64,000 nucleotides of DNA from Candidatus Pacearchaeota archaeon (GCA_018303755.1 JAGVXO010000007.1:295-64294), one strand, 5' to 3'; counted from the first letter of the stretch, positions 1-10,245 are shown. Notes: generated from the letters alone by a model not told the origin. Program-made: numbers and translations.

Positions 1-1
1 G

Positions 2-499
2 ATGCCAAAAGAAGAAAAAATGGCGGGTGTGAAATGCAGCGTTTGCATGAAAGATATGCAGATGCCTGAATCTTTTTTGAAAGCAGGAAAGGAAAGAGGA
101 GTTGATGCAATGAAGATGCCGCATATATGTTCTTATTGTACGGGTAAAATGGGAGATGTTCTGGGAGATAAGAAGATGAAGGGTTTTATGGAAGATGTTA
201 ATAAGCAGATGGAGAAGATGGGAAAGAATAATGAAATAGCAGAGAAGCTGGCTGAAGAGATAACTTATGGAAATATTGATGCTTTAATAGCCGAGCTTGA
301 TGAGTCTGATGCCTCTGAAGAAGACAAGATAAAAGAGGCATTTTATAGGGGCGCATGGATGACTTTATTTTTAATAGGGAATAATCATGAGCCTGGCTTC
401 TTGGAGAAAGAAGCTGTGAGCATTAAGGATTTTCACGAGAAGATGAAAGAAAGGGAAGAACAAGAAGCGGAGATGGAAGAGGATGATGGAAGAGGATGA
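2..499 (+). CDS. hypothetical protein with two CxxC motifs (possible Zn-binding)
   Basis: 165 aa ORF, CSVC...CSYC, acidic tail; overlaps the next ORF. Confidence 0.6.
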   Translation: MPKEEKMAGVKCSVCMKDMQMPESFLKAGKERGVDAMKMPHICSYCTGKMGDVLGDKKMKGFMEDVNKQMEKMGKNNEIAEKLAEEITYGNIDALIAELDESDASEEDKIKEAFYRGAWMTLFLIGNNHEPGFLEKEAVSIKDFHEKMKEREEQEAEMEEDDGRG

Positions 500-903
500 T
501 GAAGAGGAGAATGACGATGAGCAGGTATAAATTAAATATGTCTGATGCAAGGAATATGCAAAAATGGGCATTAGAAGTGAGCGGAGCTAGAAAATATCTT
601 AAAACCCTTCCTGAATTACCAAAAACGAAGAAGATAATCCCTGGAATTTATGTTGGTTACGACATTGATGAAAATGAATTAGAAGATGACGGGCTCGATT
701 ATTGTACTCCCGAAATTGCTTCTATTTGGGCAATTGATTCAAATGGAGAAGAAACTAATTTGGGTGGAATTAGGGCATATAATTGGGAAACTTTTTGGCT
801 AGAAATTGGTGAGGATTGTGAGGTTGATACTGCCGAGAACTGGTTTGATTTAATAAAAAAAGAATACGAAAAGATAACAAAATCTGATAGAGAAAAAACA
901 TGA
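496..903 (+). CDS. hypothetical protein
   Basis: 135 aa ORF translationally coupled (ATGA overlap) in an operon; start uncertain. Confidence 0.6.
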   Translation: MMKRRMTMSRYKLNMSDARNMQKWALEVSGARKYLKTLPELPKTKKIIPGIYVGYDIDENELEDDGLDYCTPEIASIWAIDSNGEETNLGGIRAYNWETFWLEIGEDCEVDTAENWFDLIKKEYEKITKSDREKT

Positions 904-1589
904 AGATAAAAAAGGTTGTAAAATATAATTATGAACTAACAGAAGAGACTCTTGAGAAAGATATAGATAAATTTATCCAGAATGCGAAAAAAGGCGATTA
1001 TCACATGGATAAGATGTATGGTAATGAGGGATTAAAGATAATAAAGCAATATCTTAAAATATTAAATGAGAAATTTAAAAATAATGAATTGGAAGAATGC
1101 AAGAATTGTTATCATAAACTGATACCTTTCTTACTCATATCCTCATCTGCTGATGGAGATTTATTTGATTATAATGATATGCTAGCAATGTTAAGTAAAG
1201 ATTTTGACGATTATGTTAGAAATTATTTTATTTGTCTTGTAAAGACCTGTAGCATAGATGAATTAGCAGATAAAATCTCAGAATACGCTTCTAGCCTTGA
1301 TGTTTATGGTTTTGATTCTGATAAAGAAATTATGTTAAATAATTTAAACAAAGAGCAATTAAATCAGCTTGAAGAAAAGATGCTTGTGAAAACTCATGGA
1401 ATGACAAAAAAAGATGAAAAAAAGCATGAAATTGTTTATTTTTTAATGGAGATAGCTCAAATACAAAATGATAAAGAAAAATATCTTGAGTTATGCGAGA
1501 AATTCAAAGGAGTTTTAGACAATAAAGAATATGAATATATTAAGAGAGAATACAATAACTCAACAAATGAGGAGAATGAAAATGGATGA
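900..1589 (+). CDS. hypothetical alpha-helical protein
   Basis: 229 aa ORF, ATGA overlap with the upstream gene. Confidence 0.65.
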   Translation: MKIKKVVKYNYELTEETLEKDIDKFIQNAKKGDYHMDKMYGNEGLKIIKQYLKILNEKFKNNELEECKNCYHKLIPFLLISSSADGDLFDYNDMLAMLSKDFDDYVRNYFICLVKTCSIDELADKISEYASSLDVYGFDSDKEIMLNNLNKEQLNQLEEKMLVKTHGMTKKDEKKHEIVYFLMEIAQIQNDKEKYLELCEKFKGVLDNKEYEYIKREYNNSTNEENENG

Positions 1590-1959
1590 AGAAATTGGTA
1601 AAAAACTTGTTGATGAATTAGACAAATTGGAAATAACAAAGAAAGAAGTAGAATCTAAAATTAATAATTTAAAGTCAGAGATAGCTAATATTGCAAAGAT
1701 AGAGGGCAAGAACTTTATTAATGGAGCTCATAAAGGTTGTTCTGTAAAAGAATATGATAAGGTTATTTATCCTGAAGACAAGGATTATTTTGCTAAACTT
1801 ATTAGGGAAAAGGGAATTTATGATTATTTCTCACAAGTTAATTATTCTAGGTTGAGTCCGGCAATTATAAAGAAAGATATCAGTATCGATAAGGAAATAC
1901 TTGATAAAGTGAAAATAACAAAGAGCTTTAGGGTGGTCTTAATTGACAAAGGTGTTTAA
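1582..1959 (+). CDS. hypothetical coiled-coil protein
   Basis: ORF with GAGGAG upstream of ATG 1582; N-terminal heptad pattern. Confidence 0.6.
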   Translation: MDEEIGKKLVDELDKLEITKKEVESKINNLKSEIANIAKIEGKNFINGAHKGCSVKEYDKVIYPEDKDYFAKLIREKGIYDYFSQVNYSRLSPAIIKKDISIDKEILDKVKITKSFRVVLIDKGV

Positions 1960-1960
1960 A

Positions 1961-2188
1961 ATGACAGAAACATGCAAGATTTGCAGGAAGAAGTTTGACT
2001 CTGGAATTTGGATAGCTCCGCAATTTGTAGATGAGCGTGTTTTATTATTTTGCTCAGAGAAATGCAAGAAAGAATATCTTAAGAAGAAGTTCAATAGAAT
2101 AAAAACAGAGTATCCAAAATATTATGACAAAATAATGAAATCCTCAAGAGATGCGAGAGAATCCTTTTTGGATACCTCAAAATTCTAA
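1961..2188 (+). CDS. small TRASH/YHS-like metal-binding protein
   Basis: CKIC...LLFCSEKC motif. Confidence 0.6.
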   Translation: MTETCKICRKKFDSGIWIAPQFVDERVLLFCSEKCKKEYLKKKFNRIKTEYPKYYDKIMKSSRDARESFLDTSKF

Positions 2189-2301
2189 CAATTTTGATGG
2201 TCGTAGAAATCCAAACAATTAGAGAAAATTTCTGAGAAAAAAGAAAAATTAAATTTTAATCCCTCTCTTTTTCATCTCCTCTTCTAACTTCTTAGGAAAT
2301 C

Positions 2302-2487
2302 CTAAGGACATGAGCAGTTCTTGTTATGCTCTTTATCCCATTTAACTCTTTCTTCAAAAGAGATGTTTTTGGGCATCTTGTTTTTCTCGTGCCATTCTTT
2401 GTTTATGTCAAGATGTTTATTGTCTTTCGTTACATCTTGATCATCCAAAAGTCCAGACAATTCATACAAGGACTTTTTGATTTTCAT
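2302..2487 (-). CDS. small hypothetical protein
   Basis: 61 aa ORF overlapping the end of the HNH gene; INKEWHEKNKMPKN...W...CSC. Confidence 0.4.
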   Translation of the reverse strand: MKIKKSLYELSGLLDDQDVTKDNKHLDINKEWHEKNKMPKNISFEERVKWDKEHNKNCSCP

Positions 2488-3007
2488 TTTTCAACTCTTG
2501 ATTATGATAACTAAACCAATTGTAATACATATCCTTTTCTATAGGTGGTCTTGAGCTAACAAAACCTAATAATTTTCCTATATATCTCAGATCCATTTTA
2601 AAAGGAACCCTCTCTTTTAATTCCAATACCCCGATTATTTCTACATCTTTAGAGCCTTCATCCCTCATTTTCCGAGTTATTTTTATTATAGTATTTTGAT
2701 TGTATTTTGACTTTTTGTATAAATCAACCACTGCCTGAACTTCACAGCCTTGACCGGCATGCTTTATTAGATTGCACATCTGACAAATTACTTGCATATT
2801 GCTATCCGAGTTATTCTCAGGGTTTCCATCAATATGATCAACTATTTGATATTTCTGAGATTTATATCCGCAGTATGCACATGTGTAATTATCTCTGTTC
2901 AAAATCTTATTTCTAAATTCTTGCCATTTCTCTCCTTCTAACTTTTTTGTTTGTCCGGGATTTCTCCATTTTTCAGGAGGGACGAATGATAAAACTAATT
3001 GTTTCAT
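2462..3007 (-). CDS. HNH endonuclease-family protein
   Basis: RDNYTCAYCG...VDHIDGNPENN..SNMQVICQMCN..KH. Confidence 0.85.
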   Translation of the reverse strand: MKQLVLSFVPPEKWRNPGQTKKLEGEKWQEFRNKILNRDNYTCAYCGYKSQKYQIVDHIDGNPENNSDSNMQVICQMCNLIKHAGQGCEVQAVVDLYKKSKYNQNTIIKITRKMRDEGSKDVEIIGVLELKERVPFKMDLRYIGKLLGFVSSRPPIEKDMYYNWFSYHNQELKNENQKVLV

Positions 3008-3019
3008 GATTATGCAGTA

Positions 3020-3376
3020 TTATTCGTAATCTTCCTTGATAAATTTCAGATAATCGTTAATAACCGTATTGTTGGAAGATTTCTTATCTAAAGGCTCAAT
3101 TTCTGTCAAAGGCATTCTTGATCTTATTCCTTCTTCAAATTCTATTTCGCATACAACTCTGTGAGAAACAATTGAAGTAAATCTTAATACCTTAAAATTT
3201 TTGGAATTCTTCTCATTTTTTATCTTTGCTTCAAAAGGGAATTTAATATAATCTTCAAGATAGCAGCAGAATGCTGTTTGCATCTCATCTTCGCCATAAG
3301 CATCTGTTAAGATAATCTCAATTCTTTTGTCCTGATTCAGTTCATCTAAAATATTTTCGTATTCTGCCATTTTCAA
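3020..3376 (-). CDS. CcbP-like (calcium-binding family) protein
   Basis: DAYGEDEMQTAFCCYLEDYIKFPFEAK...PL..IEP...INDY pattern typical of this family. Confidence 0.65.
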   Translation of the reverse strand: MKMAEYENILDELNQDKRIEIILTDAYGEDEMQTAFCCYLEDYIKFPFEAKIKNEKNSKNFKVLRFTSIVSHRVVCEIEFEEGIRSRMPLTEIEPLDKKSSNNTVINDYLKFIKEDYE

Positions 3377-3891
3377 TAATTGTTCTTATCAAAGTTCTTT
3401 GGTATTTGATAAGTTTCATTAGTTATTTTAGCAGATGAAATTCTGCTTGTCCGGAATTTTCTGATGTCTTTTCTTAAATGACAATAACCAATAACATATT
3501 TGCTTGATTTATAATAAATATCTAATTTTCTCGTGCTGAATTCTGCGCTTTCCATACTGAAATATTTTATTTCGACCGTTCTCAATTGTGAGAATGCTTT
3601 TTCAATTGCAGAATAAACTTTATCATCAATTTCGTTGTTAAAAGTATGATATTTCTTTCTTAGAAAGTCTTTATCGATTTCTACTTTTTGTTTTTCAGGG
3701 AGAAAAGCACTAATTTTTTTAATTACTGATTGAATTATCTTTTTCTTTATTGGAGTTTCATATTCATCATAGTAATCATCATAATATTCCTTATCATTTT
3801 CGGGAGCGTTTTTCTCGTATTCCTTTATTATTTTGTATAATGATTCTGCTTCTTCTTTGCTAAAGTTTGTAGATTTCTCTTTTTTATCCAT
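3373..3891 (-). CDS. WYL-domain protein
   Basis: IEKAF...VEIKYFS...STRKLDIY...YVIGYCHLRKDIRKFRTSRI. Confidence 0.85.
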   Translation of the reverse strand: MDKKEKSTNFSKEEAESLYKIIKEYEKNAPENDKEYYDDYYDEYETPIKKKIIQSVIKKISAFLPEKQKVEIDKDFLRKKYHTFNNEIDDKVYSAIEKAFSQLRTVEIKYFSMESAEFSTRKLDIYYKSSKYVIGYCHLRKDIRKFRTSRISSAKITNETYQIPKNFDKNNY

Positions 3892-3932
3892 ATTCTTTTA
3901 TTGTTTTTAGGATATTTTATACTTTTTGGATT

Positions 3933-4727
3933 TCATTCTGATTCCTTGTAGAGTTTACTAACTTCTTTAGGTGTTAAATCTCTGTCATAAATTCTTAAAT
4001 CATCCATTTCCCATTCAATATCTTTTAATGGGGCGTATGAAATTCCTATAAAAAAATGCGTGTCATTGTAGGATTTTGGGATAATCACAGAGATATTTTT
4101 GCTTTCAGCAACGGAGAGATTATTTAAGTAAAATTTCCAGGAAGTTTTATTCCAGGTCATTGTATAAAGAGACCATTCATTTATTTTGATGCTTTTGTTA
4201 AGCTCGCCTAAATACAATCTGCATCCTTCTGTGCCAATATCTGTGTAGTCGTTCTGGAATTTTCCACAGACAGTTCCGTTGGCAAGTATTTTTATAAATG
4301 AATCATTATTCCAAAACTGCTTGTCTATTCCAAATGTCCTTAAATCTGGCTGGCTTTCCCAATTGTCTTGCGCATTTCCCCATAGGTTTATTTTAAGCCA
4401 GTAGCTCCATGTACCCTCGCCTTCTGTTTTAAGCTCAATTTCATTTGTCGGAGACTGCATTGCAAGAATACCCTCATCTTTGTATGAAATTGCCTTTCCT
4501 ATTTTTCCATTTTCAATTTGCGCGACATTTGAATCATAATATGTCCAGTTGTATCTTCCAGTTGTATCTGCAGCTATGCTGCCATCAAATGTCCAGCGGA
4601 CGATATAATCATTTGTTCTATTAAAAACTAAATGGGGTTTTATTATTAGAATTAATAAAATAAATAAAACCAGAATTAAAGATATCTCTTTTATTTTTTT
4701 GTTCATTTTATTATTCTCTTTATGCAA
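3933..4727 (-). CDS. LamG/concanavalin-A-like secreted protein
   Basis: N-terminal TM, WTFD, GKIGKA, W...TMTW, MDDLRIYDRDLTPKEV. Confidence 0.85.
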   Translation of the reverse strand: MHKENNKMNKKIKEISLILVLFILLILIIKPHLVFNRTNDYIVRWTFDGSIAADTTGRYNWTYYDSNVAQIENGKIGKAISYKDEGILAMQSPTNEIELKTEGEGTWSYWLKINLWGNAQDNWESQPDLRTFGIDKQFWNNDSFIKILANGTVCGKFQNDYTDIGTEGCRLYLGELNKSIKINEWSLYTMTWNKTSWKFYLNNLSVAESKNISVIIPKSYNDTHFFIGISYAPLKDIEWEMDDLRIYDRDLTPKEVSKLYKESE

Positions 4728-4840
4728 ATAAATTTATTTAATCATTCTCTTATATAAACTATTCCCTAATGGGATTATCAAGATATTTGGAGACTGGACA
4801 TTTAAAGTTTAATCTTGATTGATGCAGCTTAATTAATTTT

Positions 4841-4990
4841 TCTGACATCCCATAATTTTCCCTTATTTTACACATTTTATTTTTTAATTTTGCTGTTTAC
4901 ATTAATCCTTTTATCTTTAATATAAATTAAATTTTATAAAGAACCAATAAACCATTGGACGAAGAGTTTGAGAATAAATATAAGTAAACA
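4841..4990 (+). repeat. intergenic repeat family A (degenerate hairpin end)
   Basis: left block TGACATCCCATAATTTTCCCTTATTTTACAC; right block CCAATAAACCATTGGACGAAGAGTTTGAGAATAAA. Confidence 0.7.
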
Positions 4991-5089
4991 CGAAGATTAT
5001 AACCAAGGAGACCATTATGCATCTTTAATCTGATAACCTTTTTTTAATAAAGATTTAAAAAGAGAAGGAGATTATTATGTTTACCTGCA

Positions 5090-6049
5090 ATGGGGGACAG
5101 AAGATTAAGCAGACTTATGGCGCAAGAGACAGAACCTGAAAATGAGGCGGCGATAAAAAGGGGATTGAATATTTATCTTTATTACTGGACAATACCTGTT
5201 TTTTTAATTTTCATCCTGATTAATTATTACACTCCTATTTTGAAAATTGGCTCACTTGACATAGGGCTGATGATTTCAATTGTAACTTTTTTATTCGGCT
5301 TCCTTATTACTGTTACTTTTTCAATGCTTCTTACAAGGGTGTCTTCTCTTAAAGATGCATTAGCAACAGAAACAGGAAGATTGGCCAGTATTTTTCTGCT
5401 GTCAAAACATCTCGGAACAAAGTTTAATCAAGCAGTCAGGCAGAGAATTGACGATTACACTATTTTTACTTTAAGGGAATACACTAATTATTCCTTAAGC
5501 AGAGAGTCAATTTATGGAATTCACGAGGATATTTCTTTGATGGAGCTGAAAACATCAAATCAGCAGGCAGCTGCAAATTCTTTTCTTTATATTCTTGGAG
5601 AGCTTGAACCGATAAGAGAAAAGCTGGAATATCTTACTGGAAGAAGAGTTGAATGGTCTTTAAGATTTACTAATTTAATTCTCGGGACAATCTTAATAAT
5701 TCTTCTTTTTCTTAACAGAGGAGATGCATTTTCAAATGCGCTTTTTGTGATACTTTCCACAATTATAATATTCATTTTATTTATCCTTGAGGATTATGAT
5801 AATCTTAAAATTGGGGATTATATCACAAATATAAGCAACTCAGAACAGCTTTTTGATTTAATAGGAACTGAAAGATATTATCCGGAATTTGTGCTAAGGG
5901 GTGTTAAATTAGAACGGGGGAAAACATATAGAATCGGGATTTATGACCCCTCTGCAAAGGCAGAAAAAATATTTAGAATAACTTATAATCCGAAATTCTT
6001 TTTTAGGGTATCTGAAATTATCCGAAGAGTAAGAAGAAAATCCGTTTAA
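5090..6049 (+). CDS. integral membrane protein (DUF4239/bestrophin-like topology)
   Basis: two TM pairs separated by a helical soluble domain. Confidence 0.55.
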   Translation: MGDRRLSRLMAQETEPENEAAIKRGLNIYLYYWTIPVFLIFILINYYTPILKIGSLDIGLMISIVTFLFGFLITVTFSMLLTRVSSLKDALATETGRLASIFLLSKHLGTKFNQAVRQRIDDYTIFTLREYTNYSLSRESIYGIHEDISLMELKTSNQQAAANSFLYILGELEPIREKLEYLTGRRVEWSLRFTNLILGTILIILLFLNRGDAFSNALFVILSTIIIFILFILEDYDNLKIGDYITNISNSEQLFDLIGTERYYPEFVLRGVKLERGKTYRIGIYDPSAKAEKIFRITYNPKFFFRVSEIIRRVRRKSV

Positions 6050-6501
6050 CAAGGGATTATTTCTTTTTCTGCAATAGGACAATTCCCTATTGAGAGATGA
6101 ACTTTTTCAAATTGTTCCGATGAATCAACATAGTAACTTTTTGAATTTCCTTTTGGCAGAATTGCACAATTTTTGCAGTCTGAAGAGCAGACAAATTTAT
6201 TTATTAATTCTCCTTTTTTTAATTCAAATACAAGAAAATTTATTTCAGGAGAATTTTCATTGCGAATTAAACTTGTTTTTGTTTCTTGCGAACTTTTGTT
6301 AAAGCAGGCAGATTCTATTTTAATCGGATCTTTTAACTGCATACTAATGCAGGATTTTTCGTAATCTGTATTTTCTTTTACATACTTTGATAAAAAGACG
6401 GCTAATATTGTTATGGAGGATATTGCCAGGAATATTATTAAAATTGTTACAACTATATTTGAAATTGCTTTTTTATCCAGCTCATTAGTTATATTTTGCA
6501 T
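6046..6501 (-). CDS. archaeal type IV pilin-like protein
   Basis: class III signal DKKA|ISNIVVTILII; Cys-rich globular domain. Confidence 0.7.
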   Translation of the reverse strand: MQNITNELDKKAISNIVVTILIIFLAISSITILAVFLSKYVKENTDYEKSCISMQLKDPIKIESACFNKSSQETKTSLIRNENSPEINFLVFELKKGELINKFVCSSDCKNCAILPKGNSKSYYVDSSEQFEKVHLSIGNCPIAEKEIIPC

Positions 6502-7616
6502 GGCATTGCTCCTGCATGGCTTAAATCAATTTCTGCCATCGTTGCACCATTCTTTGTGATTGCAATTATTTCCCCCTGGTTTTTTGAAACAGGGATTCTA
6601 AGAATAAATGGTAATTCTGAAAAGAAAACTGTTCCATTGATTTCCCCTCCAAGAGATACGCCTTTTAGAGAATCTGTAAATATCAGCCCGGGATTAAATT
6701 CTATGCCCGAATAATTCTCGTCTGGATTTATGAAATTATATTCAAATTCTCCAGAGCCGCCATTTCCAGCACATCCTTTTTCAATAGAAGTATTTAAGAG
6801 AGTAATTTTTTCAGGCAATGTTAAATTTCCCGGGTTGTAAATTCCTTCAATTAAGTAATAGGCTGCATCATTGCACTCTGCAAATTCAGCTATTGCTTTT
6901 GAGGTTATTCCCTGAAAGTTTTTTGGCATCTTTTCCAATATTAAGTTATTGTTAAATTTCCCATATTCTTTAGAGGATAAAGTTCTCATTACCCCTTCAT
7001 CTATTGAACGATAGTACACCTCTTTTGAACAACCTTCGAAGCATCCATTAGTTTCCCAAGCGAATTTTGAGCATGAAGAAACGCAGTTTTTCGAATTTTT
7101 CGGGATTGTTGCAGGAGTGTATTCGTCTGCGAAGTTTGCAAATGCGTGCCCAAATTCATGAATAAGGACGCTTTTAGGATGATTTGAATTAATGCTCATA
7201 ACTTCCATGTAAGCAGAGCTTCGAATCTCGGCAGATTTTTCTTTAATTACAATAATATAATCGCTTGGGCAGGATGATGCCTTTTTTATAATCTTTTTTG
7301 AATAGCATACTAATGCGATTCCTTTGTATAATTCACATTCGGGAGTATAACTATCAATATAATAAAAATTAAATGCTTCTTTATTTTCATCAAAAGGCTG
7401 CACCTGAAGAAAAAAGTCAGAATATTCTTTTGCCTGCTCTTTTGTTGAAAAAAATAAGATATTCACCGCGTCTGCAGAATTGAATTTTAATTCATTGCAT
7501 TTTTCCAAGGCATCATTTGGCGGGCTCAGGTTATTTGTTGTTATAATAATAGATATTATTGAAGCAATTACCACAATTGCTCCAACCATTGAAAAAAGGA
7601 CATAGTTTTTATCCAT
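6489..7616 (-). CDS. membrane-anchored M64-like zinc metallopeptidase
   Basis: N-terminal TM; VLIHEFGHAFANFADEY; YRSIDEGVMR. Confidence 0.75.
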   Translation of the reverse strand: MDKNYVLFSMVGAIVVIASIISIIITTNNLSPPNDALEKCNELKFNSADAVNILFFSTKEQAKEYSDFFLQVQPFDENKEAFNFYYIDSYTPECELYKGIALVCYSKKIIKKASSCPSDYIIVIKEKSAEIRSSAYMEVMSINSNHPKSVLIHEFGHAFANFADEYTPATIPKNSKNCVSSCSKFAWETNGCFEGCSKEVYYRSIDEGVMRTLSSKEYGKFNNNLILEKMPKNFQGITSKAIAEFAECNDAAYYLIEGIYNPGNLTLPEKITLLNTSIEKGCAGNGGSGEFEYNFINPDENYSGIEFNPGLIFTDSLKGVSLGGEINGTVFFSELPFILRIPVSKNQGEIIAITKNGATMAEIDLSHAGAMPCKI

Positions 7617-7646
7617 TTTTTTAATAAGGAAAGCACATTTAAATAA

Positions 7647-8105
7647 CTATCCTGCTGAGAGGCTATTAGGATACCTGTTTTTAAGAGTAATTTTAATTGA
7701 GAGTGAATAAATAAATTGATAGCCGATTTGCATAATAAATAGGAATAAACAAAGTTTATCTGCTATTAACAAAGTTCCTTGATTATCTTTTACTATGCGG
7801 ATTTGCGCAGAGACCTTTTGGCCATATGCCTCTTTTATTTTTTCAGAACAGATTTTGTCTTTGCATTCAAGGAATATTCTTGCAGAAGAATTTTGATTGT
7901 GAATTGTAATCCAAATTCCTGAACTGCTGTTGCTTATTTTTTCAACAATTCCTAAAATAAATACTTTTGAACCACCTGGCAATTCGCTGATTTTTTCCAA
8001 AGGCGTTTCTTTAGGGGAGATTAAAACTGAGGCAGAGTATAGAGAAAATATTCCAATCAGCGAAATTAGCAAGGCAAAGAGTTTTAATAGGTTTTCTTTA
8101 GTCAT
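7647..8105 (-). CDS. membrane-anchored OB-fold protein
   Basis: N-terminal TM, then ISEL..GSKVFILGIVEKI beta pattern. Confidence 0.55.
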   Translation of the reverse strand: MTKENLLKLFALLISLIGIFSLYSASVLISPKETPLEKISELPGGSKVFILGIVEKISNSSSGIWITIHNQNSSARIFLECKDKICSEKIKEAYGQKVSAQIRIVKDNQGTLLIADKLCLFLFIMQIGYQFIYSLSIKITLKNRYPNSLSAG

Positions 8106-8177
8106 TTTAAGGATAAATCACCAGAGGATTATTAAGTTAACGCACTATGCCTTTTGAATTTTTAAATAGCTCGTTTA

Positions 8178-8262
8178 TTTTTCTTATTTTAGGTTTGTTT
8201 ATTGGTGTTTTATTTTTTGATTTAAGATATGTAAATTATGATTTGTAAGGGATTATTGACTT
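8178..8262 (+). repeat. degenerate family A repeat
   Basis: TTCTTATTTTAGGTTTGTTTATTGGTGTTTT...ATGTAAATT resembles the 29.7 kb copy. Confidence 0.5.
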
Positions 8263-8300
8263 ATGGAAAACTTTAATAATAAACCTTTTCTTCTTCTTTT

Positions 8301-9317
8301 ATGGATAGTGAAGAAAGATTTAAGCTGATAAAAAGAAATACTGAAGAGATTATTGGAGAGGAAGAGTTGAAAAAGAAGCTGGCTTTAAAAAAACAACTGG
8401 TTGTTTATTGGGGTACCGCACCAACAGGAAGGCCGCACGTGGGTTATTTTCTTCCAATGCTTAAAATTTCTGACTTGCTAAAAGCAGGATTTAAAGTAAA
8501 AATTCTTCTTGCAGATTTGCATGCAGCCCTTGATAATACTCCCTGGATAATTCTTGAAAAAAGATACGAGTATTATGCTGCAGTTATTCCCATGATTATT
8601 GGAGCAATAGGCGTAAATGTTAAAAATCTTGAAATTGTCAAGGGAAGCGACTTTCAGCTAAAACCCGAGTATATGTATGATGTTCTGCAGATGTCGAGCT
8701 ATGTTTCTGTTCATGATGCAAACAAAGCAGCTTCTGAAGTTGTTAAATTAGGAGATAATCCCAAACTCTCTGGCTTGATATATCCGATAATGCAGGCAAT
8801 TGATGAACAATATCTTGGAGTTGATGCACAGCTTGGAGGAACAGACCAGAGAAAGATAATGGTTCTTGCAAGAGAAACTCTGCCTAAACTCGGTTATGAT
8901 TCAAGAATTGAAATTCTTAATCCGCTTGTTCCTGGGCTTATAGGGAAAAAAATGAGTTCAAGTGATGAAAAATCAAAAATTGATTTGATTGATGATGAAA
9001 AATCTGTTTTTTCAAAGATAAATAATGCAGAATGCATTGCAGGAGATTCAAACAATGGGCTTATGGCGTTTCTGAAATATGTTATAATGACGATTAAATC
9101 AGACAAGAAAGAAAAGTTTGTGATTAAGCGAGATAAAAAATACGGAGGAGATTTAAGTTATTTCAATTATGCAGATATTGAGAAAGATTTTATTGCAAAG
9201 AAGATTCACCCTCTTGATTTGAAGAATGCAGTTGCAGTTGAGATAAATTCTCTTCTCGCAGTTTTCAGAAAGAATATTAAAAAGCTTGAAAAGCTCTCAG
9301 AAGAGGCGTATGAGTAA
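8301..9317 (+). CDS. tyrS: tyrosyl-tRNA synthetase (archaeal type)
   Basis: YWGTAPTGRPHVGY, LLADLHA, YPIMQAID, GGTDQRKI, KMSSS, HPLDLK. Confidence 0.95.
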   Translation: MDSEERFKLIKRNTEEIIGEEELKKKLALKKQLVVYWGTAPTGRPHVGYFLPMLKISDLLKAGFKVKILLADLHAALDNTPWIILEKRYEYYAAVIPMIIGAIGVNVKNLEIVKGSDFQLKPEYMYDVLQMSSYVSVHDANKAASEVVKLGDNPKLSGLIYPIMQAIDEQYLGVDAQLGGTDQRKIMVLARETLPKLGYDSRIEILNPLVPGLIGKKMSSSDEKSKIDLIDDEKSVFSKINNAECIAGDSNNGLMAFLKYVIMTIKSDKKEKFVIKRDKKYGGDLSYFNYADIEKDFIAKKIHPLDLKNAVAVEINSLLAVFRKNIKKLEKLSEEAYE

Positions 9318-9324
9318 AACCTCC

Positions 9325-10245
9325 TTATTTAAACTTAAACTCCACAATGTCCTTGTCTTTTAATATATGCGAGATGCTTACAATTTGATTTGGGAATTTG
9401 CTTGAGGGGCCTGTAATTCTTGCCTCTTTTATTTTTTCTGACAGCCCTTTTTTTATTTTTTCAGCTATATCTTTTATATTTGTGTTTTGAGGCATAATTA
9501 TGGGTTCTTTGCTTACGGACTTACCTGGCTCTTTTGTGTAAACTCTTATTTTATTAAAGCTATGAAAAATCTTTTCTTTTAATTCTTCAATCCCTTCTTT
9601 AGTTATTTGGGAGATTAAAACAAATGAAACTCGTTTAGATTTGAGCGTTTCTGATATTTTTCTTTTTTCGTTTTCAGACAGCAAGTCACATTTTGAAAAG
9701 GCGATTATCCTTTTTCCAACCGCCCTTGGAATTGATTTTTCTATTTCCTCTATTTCTTTTATTGAGGTTATTGCATAAATTAATGTGTCTGCAGAGTTTG
9801 CAATGCCTATATCAAAATATTCACTGTTTATTGGAGGATTTTCTATAATTTGCACTTTGATATCTTCGTAATCCATCATGCCTACTTCAGGCAAAATTGT
9901 TGAAATGTACCCTCCTGTTATAATTGGTTTTGCATTTGTCAAAGCTGTGAGAAGGGAGGACTTTCCCGAGTTTGCTATTCCTATTAAAACTGCCTGCATA
10001 TCTGCTTTTTTTATAGAGTCTTTTCTTGATTTCCCGCCTTTTTTTGATTTTTTAATTCTATCAATTTTCTCGATAAGTTTTATTCTTCTTGTTTTAAGAT
10101 TAGCAAGCATTTTTTCAGAGGATTTGTGCTTAGGACATTCTTTAATCATTTCTTCAAGAAAATAAAGGCGCTCTTCATCTGTCTGTGCATTCAGAAAATT
10201 TTCTTCTGCTTTTTTATAAAAGGGTGACTGGTTTGTGCTCGCCAT
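9325..10245 (-). CDS. DRG/OBG-like GTPase with C-terminal TGS domain
   Basis: PKHKSSEK N-terminus, GIANSGKS P-loop, IRVYTKEPG...HILKDKDIVEF. Confidence 0.85.
   Translation of the reverse strand: MASTNQSPFYKKAEENFLNAQTDEERLYFLEEMIKECPKHKSSEKMLANLKTRRIKLIEKIDRIKKSKKGGKSRKDSIKKADMQAVLIGIANSGKSSLLTALTNAKPIITGGYISTILPEVGMMDYEDIKVQIIENPPINSEYFDIGIANSADTLIYAITSIKEIEEIEKSIPRAVGKRIIAFSKCDLLSENEKRKISETLKSKRVSFVLISQITKEGIEELKEKIFHSFNKIRVYTKEPGKSVSKEPIIMPQNTNIKDIAEKIKKGLSEKIKEARITGPSSKFPNQIVSISHILKDKDIVEFKFK

Noticed and set aside
2189-2216. Similarity to 51830-51856 (CAATTTT...GAAATCYAAAC)
   Set aside because: Too short and AT-rich to distinguish from chance.
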